Positions 59,694-64,000 of a stretch of 64,000 nt of DNA are shown piece by piece; the first letter of the stretch is position 1; the number at the start of each line of letters is the position of its first letter. The stretch covers positions 288,001 through 352,000 of the forward strand of contig CP084166.1 in assembly GCA_021513695.1 (NCBI GenBank), read 5' to 3'. The notes beneath the pieces were generated by a model. That model was not told the origin of the DNA, ran no database searches, and worked only from the letters and a program-made list of their open reading frames with translations. This DNA comes from Candidatus Heimdallarchaeum aukensis. Its GTDB lineage: Archaea; Asgardarchaeota; Heimdallarchaeia; Heimdallarchaeales; Heimdallarchaeaceae. A program made the translations under genes and the position numbers.

Positions 59694-60278
59694 TTATTTT
59701 GTTGCTTCAAAAATAAATGTTGATTTGTTAGGTCTTTTTATATTTATGTCTTCAAAAGGATGATTTTTAACCATTTCTTCAAGTTCGAAAGGAGTAAGGA
59801 ATTTACTCTTGAACATTAAAATTTTTTCAAAAAGAATAAGAAAGAAGTTCCAAAAGTAAGATCTATCATAATCACGAATAATTAGTTTACCTTGTTTACC
59901 TAAAACATAATAGCAATCATCTATTGTTTCTTTTTGTTCTCTTATGTGGTGTATAGTGTCATTTAGAAAGATTTTATTTACACTATTGTTTTTTAAAGGA
60001 ATTTTGTTTGATAATCCTTGAATTAAAAAGAGAGATTTTGAAGATTTTTTAGCTTGTTTTAGCATTTCAATTGATCTTTCAAGTATGATACACTGGTTTA
60101 CTTCCTTTTCTAAAATTTTAGAAGCTCTTCCTGTTCCACCACCAATATCAAGCAAAATATCATTTTGATTTAAGTCTAAATATTCTTTTAAAGAATGGTA
60201 GTCAAAATCACCAATTAATTTATCGTAATAACTTGCGATTCTTGAAAACAAATCTTTTTTCTTTTTTTTCTTTGACAT
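59694..60278 (-). CDS. Class I SAM-dependent methyltransferase, short at 194 aa.
   Basis: Motif I: LLDIGGGTGRASKIL. Post-I acidic residue at ILERS. Confidence 0.6.
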   Translation of the reverse strand: MSKKKKKKDLFSRIASYYDKLIGDFDYHSLKEYLDLNQNDILLDIGGGTGRASKILEKEVNQCIILERSIEMLKQAKKSSKSLFLIQGLSNKIPLKNNSVNKIFLNDTIHHIREQKETIDDCYYVLGKQGKLIIRDYDRSYFWNFFLILFEKILMFKSKFLTPFELEEMVKNHPFEDINIKRPNKSTFIFEATK

Positions 60279-60353
60279 ATTCTCTATTTACAATCTAATC
60301 AAGATATTTTAATTTATTTTGTTTTACTAATTTTCAAAAAATAAAAATAGAAA

Positions 60354-61103
60354 TTAACTGAAAAAGTCGTCATCATCTCTTTCTTGAATATCTCCAGGTC
60401 TAATAACTGGTTCAACTTTATATACAACTTTTCCTTTCCAATAGTATTCTCCTGTTTTATAGATTGGGTTTTTCCTTATATAAGCTAAAGTGCTTCTTGG
60501 TATTCCAAACTTGTTTGAAATCGTACTCATAGTAGCATTATCCTCGAACATTTGAAAGATCTCAATTAACTTTGGTCTCATCTCTTCATCAACTATAAGT
60601 TTTCCATTTTCAATTTTATAGCCTAATGGAGGTCTAGACATTATCTTTTGTTCTCCAATTCTTCGTTTAATACCATATTTCCTTTTTTCTCTATACTTTT
60701 TCAGTTCTTCTTCTCCTAAAATATCATAAATTCTAGTAACGAGTTGTTCTTGAGACTCTTCAGTTGCTCTAATTTCTACTCCCATGCTTCTTAGAATAAC
60801 AGTAGCGTAACCCAACATGTCTACTTGCCTTGAAATTCTATCTCTTGTTTGAACCCAAACTTCTCTTATTGGATCACCAGCATTATTCTTATTGTAAGTT
60901 CTAATGAATTCTAGCATCTTCTTGAAACCTGGTCTCTCTTCTACGTGACTATCACCACTCACTTCTTCATCAATAAAAGTTTCAATAACATGTCTATATC
61001 CAACTGACTTAATTTTTTGTCTAATTACTTCTTCTTGTGTACCTAATCCTGATTCTTGGTCTGCTGTACTCACTCTTAGATAACAAACAACATTAACATG
61101 CAT
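60354..61103 (-). CDS. Serine recombinase (resolvase/invertase catalytic domain plus the start of a 'recombinase' domain). It is short, at 249 aa, for a large serine recombinase, so it is either a compact archaeal form or a truncated one.
   Basis: Catalytic motif CYLRVSTADQ (Ser nucleophile), TRDRISR (DRLxR). The recombinase-domain start is SRPPLGYKIENGKLIVDEEMRPKLIEIFQMF...ISNKFGIP. The zinc ribbon and coiled coil are missing. Confidence 0.65.
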   Translation of the reverse strand: MHVNVVCYLRVSTADQESGLGTQEEVIRQKIKSVGYRHVIETFIDEEVSGDSHVEERPGFKKMLEFIRTYNKNNAGDPIREVWVQTRDRISRQVDMLGYATVILRSMGVEIRATEESQEQLVTRIYDILGEEELKKYREKRKYGIKRRIGEQKIMSRPPLGYKIENGKLIVDEEMRPKLIEIFQMFEDNATMSTISNKFGIPRSTLAYIRKNPIYKTGEYYWKGKVVYKVEPVIRPGDIQERDDDDFFS

Positions 61104-61212
61104 GGTTATAAGAAGGTAGGTACATATTAAAAAGCTTATGTAATACTCAAGTTTTATGGTTATTGTCGGAATTTTAGATATTTGTAGAAATGATGACCTT
61201 TAAAAACAAGCA

Positions 61213-62070
61213 ATGAGAGAAACACAAAAAGGAGAATTGATGTTAATGAGAGAAGAAGAACAAATTTGGGAAAAATTAACTAATTTTTTTGCTGACAAAT
61301 CTGTAGTTATTGCTTTTTCTGGTGGATTAGATAGCACAGTGTTGCTAGAAGCTGCACTTGAGAAAGCAAAGAAAGTTTTAGCAGTTTTTATCAAAACAGA
61401 TCTTATACAAAACGAAGATGAAGAAGTGGTAAAAGAATATACAAAAAAACGAAATGTAGAATTAAGGATATTTAGGATAAATCTGTTGGATAATAAAGAT
61501 GTTATTAAGAATGATGCAATAAGATGTTATTACTGTAAAAAAACATTATTCTCCAAAGTAAAAGAAGAGATGAGTAAGGAAAATTTTGATATTGTTGCAG
61601 AAGGAACAAACTTCACTGACCTCTCTGATTATCGCCCTGGATTGAAAGCAATAAAAGAATTAGAGATTTCTAGTCCATTCATTGAATTTGGTGTCAGTAA
61701 GGAGCAAATAAAAAAGATTGCAGAATATTACTCATTTCCAATTTTGAAAAAAGGAGCTACAACATGTTTGGCCACAAGAATCGCTTACAATATTGAAATA
61801 ACAAAAGAAAGACTAGAAAGAATAGAAGAAGCTGAAATATTTATTAACAACCTTGTAGAAGTAAGTTCTCTTCGTGTGAGAGACCATGGAGATCTTGCAA
61901 GAATAGAGGTTAATCCTTCTGCTATTGTAAAGTTAGTGGAACCAGAAATAAGAAAAAAAATCATAGAAACTTTTAACAAAAAAGGTTTCAAATACATTAC
62001 ACTAGACTTGGAAGGATATGTTCAAGGGAGTATGAACAGAGAGATTCAACAAGATACAAAGAATGAGTGA
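61213..62070 (+). CDS. larE: LarE-family PP-loop ATP-dependent sulfur transferase (nickel-pincer nucleotide cofactor biosynthesis).
   Basis: PP-loop VVIAFSGGLDSTVL. Conserved Cys in GATTCLATRIAY (CLASR-like). The true start may be Met10 or Met12. Confidence 0.65.
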   Translation: MRETQKGELMLMREEEQIWEKLTNFFADKSVVIAFSGGLDSTVLLEAALEKAKKVLAVFIKTDLIQNEDEEVVKEYTKKRNVELRIFRINLLDNKDVIKNDAIRCYYCKKTLFSKVKEEMSKENFDIVAEGTNFTDLSDYRPGLKAIKELEISSPFIEFGVSKEQIKKIAEYYSFPILKKGATTCLATRIAYNIEITKERLERIEEAEIFINNLVEVSSLRVRDHGDLARIEVNPSAIVKLVEPEIRKKIIETFNKKGFKYITLDLEGYVQGSMNREIQQDTKNE

Positions 62071-63292
62071 TAAAATGGAAGTTATTATTATTGATCCAAG
62101 ATTAGCAGGAGCATCAGGAGATATGCTCCTTTCTGCTATTGTTGATCTTGTGGGTAAAAAGCATCTTTTAGAGTTTATAGAACAACTAAATGAATACTTT
62201 AAAACAGGAGTTAGTATTAATATAAATAGAATAAAAAAGAAAGGCTTAAACTCTGTTTACCTTGAGATGGCAATTAATAGAGATATACCTTTTAATCATG
62301 TTGTAGACCTAAAAAGAGAACTAAACGGTTTTCTGGAGTATTTACCCATATCTTCAGAAGCAAAATCTAAAATAAAAGAAACTTTTCAACTAATTTTTGA
62401 AGCTGAGTCTATTGTACATAATAAACCATTAGAAACTTTACATCTTCATGAAACAGCAAGTATTGACACATTTTTAGATATAGTGGGGTTCTACTATCTA
62501 CTGGAAAAAAACAATTTGTTAAATGTACCTTTTCTAAGTCTCCCCATAAATACTGGTTCTGGTTTTATAGAAATCTCGCATGGAAAAGTTTCTGTACCTG
62601 CTCCTGCTGTAAGCGAAATAGCTAGGGCAAAAAGTCTATTAATTTTTTCCGATGAAACTAAAGGAGAGTTGTTAACTCCAACAGGAATAGCTATTATTGC
62701 TTCTGTTATTACTAAACAAATAGAAACACTTCCTCCAATGGTCATTAAAAAGATAGCTAGGGGAGCAGGAACAAAGAATCTAAAAAATAAAGCAAATGTT
62801 GTAACGCTATTTTTCTCTGATATCCCAGAAGACGAAAGTAAACATTATCTGTCTGTTCTAGAAACTCATGTGGATGATGTTTCAGGTGAAATACTAGGTT
62901 CAATTGTTTCTTTATTACTAGAAAAAGGAGCTCTAGATGTTTCATATTATCCTTTAGTTATGAAGAAAAATCGCCCTGCTTGGAATTTGAGAATTATTTG
63001 TGAAAAAGATAAATCTTCAGAACTTGCACATTTTGTAATGCTCGAATTGGGAACTTTAGGAGTAAGGGAGACAATAGTTACAAGATATGAGTTAGAAAGA
63101 CAAATTACTATAAAAAAAGTTGAAATCAATGGGAAAATCTTTGAATGTAGATTCAAGGAAAGGAAGGTACAAGGAGAAATAGTAGGAGCTAAACCAGAAT
63201 ATGAAGACATGAAGAGAATATCCAACGAAACTGGAATTCCTCTTATTGATTTGGAAAAGCAATTACAACGACAATATTCAATAGGTGAGTAA
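62063..63292 (+). CDS. larC: LarC-family (DUF111) nickel insertase / CTP-dependent nickel chelatase.
   Basis: N-terminal VIIIDPRLAGASGDMLLSAIVDL (GxSGDM motif). Length 409 aa. It overlaps larE by 8 nt. Confidence 0.7.
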   Translation: MSDKMEVIIIDPRLAGASGDMLLSAIVDLVGKKHLLEFIEQLNEYFKTGVSININRIKKKGLNSVYLEMAINRDIPFNHVVDLKRELNGFLEYLPISSEAKSKIKETFQLIFEAESIVHNKPLETLHLHETASIDTFLDIVGFYYLLEKNNLLNVPFLSLPINTGSGFIEISHGKVSVPAPAVSEIARAKSLLIFSDETKGELLTPTGIAIIASVITKQIETLPPMVIKKIARGAGTKNLKNKANVVTLFFSDIPEDESKHYLSVLETHVDDVSGEILGSIVSLLLEKGALDVSYYPLVMKKNRPAWNLRIICEKDKSSELAHFVMLELGTLGVRETIVTRYELERQITIKKVEINGKIFECRFKERKVQGEIVGAKPEYEDMKRISNETGIPLIDLEKQLQRQYSIGE

Positions 63293-64000
63293 ATGAAAAG
63301 AAGAGAGATACTTGAGAAGATATACAAAAATGAGATTACAGTGGAAGAAGCTGAAGATTTGCTTTCAAAAAACAATATTGAAGTTGTAGATGAATTTCTA
63401 AGATTTGATATTTTCAGAGAGCAAAGAACAAGCATACCTGAAATTGTTTATGCAGAAACAAAAAGTCCTGAAAATGTAGCTGAAATTGTAAAAAAAATTG
63501 CTTTAAAAAAAGAAATTTTGTTAGTCTCTCGAACTACAGAAAAACATGTTAAAAAATTAAAAGAGATAGAAGATTCGCTAAAAGATTTCAATTTTGAATA
63601 TGGCCCAGAAGAAAGATTTTGTTTAGTAAAAAAGAAAGGATATAAAGTAAAAAAAGAAAATGGAAAAGTAGGTATTATCACTGCAGGAACGTCTGACATT
63701 CCAGTAGCAACAGAAGCAAAAGTTGTTGCTGAAATGATGGGTTGTGAAACTATTTTGATAAATGATGTTGGAGTAGCTGGATTACATAGACTATTTGAAC
63801 CACTGAATTCTATTCTAAAGGAAAAAGTAGATGTTTTAATCGTTGCAGCAGGAATGGAAGGGGCTTTGCCGACAGTTATTGCAGGATTAGTAGATATCCC
63901 AGTAATTGGATTGCCAATCTCCACAGGTTATGGATTTGGAGGAAAAGGCCAAACAGCTTTAATGAGTATGCTACAAACTTGTGCACTAGGGTTGGCAGTA
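63293..64000 (+). CDS. larB: LarB-family pyridinium-3,5-biscarboxylic acid mononucleotide synthase (PurE-like carboxylase/hydrolase). It is 3'-partial and runs off the window.
   Basis: Translating from the ATG at 63293 gives an open frame to 64000. PurE-like motif GKVGIITAGTSDIPVATEAKVVAEMMG...NDVGVAGLHRL. Confidence 0.7.
   Translation, partial: MKRREILEKIYKNEITVEEAEDLLSKNNIEVVDEFLRFDIFREQRTSIPEIVYAETKSPENVAEIVKKIALKKEILLVSRTTEKHVKKLKEIEDSLKDFNFEYGPEERFCLVKKKGYKVKKENGKVGIITAGTSDIPVATEAKVVAEMMGCETILINDVGVAGLHRLFEPLNSILKEKVDVLIVAAGMEGALPTVIAGLVDIPVIGLPISTGYGFGGKGQTALMSMLQTCALGLAV

Noticed and set aside
59694-60278. The 194-aa methyltransferase as ArsM (arsenite methyltransferase).
   Set aside because: ArsM is about 280 aa with conserved Cys residues. 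This protein is shorter and lacks them. Only a generic class I SAM-MTase call is supported.
57525-61181. Possible att-like direct repeats 'gaatttagatatt' (about 57527) and 'gaattttagatatt' (about 61167) flanking the ars/recombinase segment.
   Set aside because: They are only 12 to 13 nt, imperfect, and fall in roughly 75% AT intergenic DNA where such matches occur by chance. I keep this only as a weak lead.
62494-63924. Minus-strand ORFs (62494-62745, 62757-62945, 62947-63435, 63448-63924) opposite larC and larB.
   Set aside because: The sense-strand genes carry clear LarC and LarB family motifs. The antisense translations are low-complexity (S/I/F-rich) with no motifs.

Overview
This 64 kb window is AT-rich (about 30% GC) and almost certainly archaeal. 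Archaeal-specific evidence includes a class III (prepilin-like) signal peptide, an XPD/Rad3 FeS helicase, a geranylgeranyl-reductase-family flavoprotein, an ACR3 arsenite pump, and a sulfhydrogenase-type HydB-G-D-A group 3b [NiFe]-hydrogenase operon with its maturation protease. Upstream elements look like TATA/BRE promoters. The low GC, the many large unassignable ('dark') proteins and the eukaryote-like adhesin architecture fit an Asgard (Lokiarchaeia-like) or similar low-GC archaeon. This taxonomic placement is inference only.

Content from 5' to 3':
- (1) A 5'-truncated ORF longer than 2,469 aa encodes a giant surface protein. It has integrin-like FG-GAP/VCBS motifs, DUF1080/LamG-like domains, about 60 thrombospondin-type-3 Ca-binding repeats, one TM helix and a roughly 330-aa cytoplasmic coiled-coil tail. 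The repeats are encoded by a roughly 3.7 kb near-identical 144/213-nt DNA tandem array.
- (2) An XPD helicase lies divergent from a two-gene cassette of unknown function.
- (3) A LuxC-like acyl-CoA reductase and, 10 kb away, a PaaK/LuxE-type adenylate-forming enzyme share an identical 25-nt promoter element.
- (4) Also present are a lactate permease, a GGR-family reductase, a ParA/MinD ATPase and several helical-repeat hypothetical proteins.
- (5) A class-III-signal-peptide (pilin-like) protein is fused to a DUF1080 domain.
- (6) An orphan DppB-like ABC permease is followed by an MFS transporter.
- (7) A GC-rich intergenic island is a candidate structured ncRNA. It is followed by two tandem paralogous polytopic membrane proteins with C-terminal zinc ribbons.
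- (8) There is a secreted-enzyme locus with a purple-acid-phosphatase-like enzyme and a beta-helix protein.
- (9) The hydBGDA operon is followed by its hycI-like protease gene.
- (10) Further genes are a DASS transporter, a split L-serine dehydratase (alpha and beta), an orphan PAS histidine kinase, an MMPL/RND exporter, an S9 peptidase, a 1,023-aa acidic surface protein and a permuted-papain (C92-like) secreted protein.
- (11) An ArsR-ACR3 arsenic island sits next to a short serine recombinase. Immediately after it comes a LarE-LarC-LarB nickel-pincer cofactor cluster, 3'-truncated, with no LarA in the window.

No CRISPR array or rRNA was found. No tRNA could be confirmed by eye.
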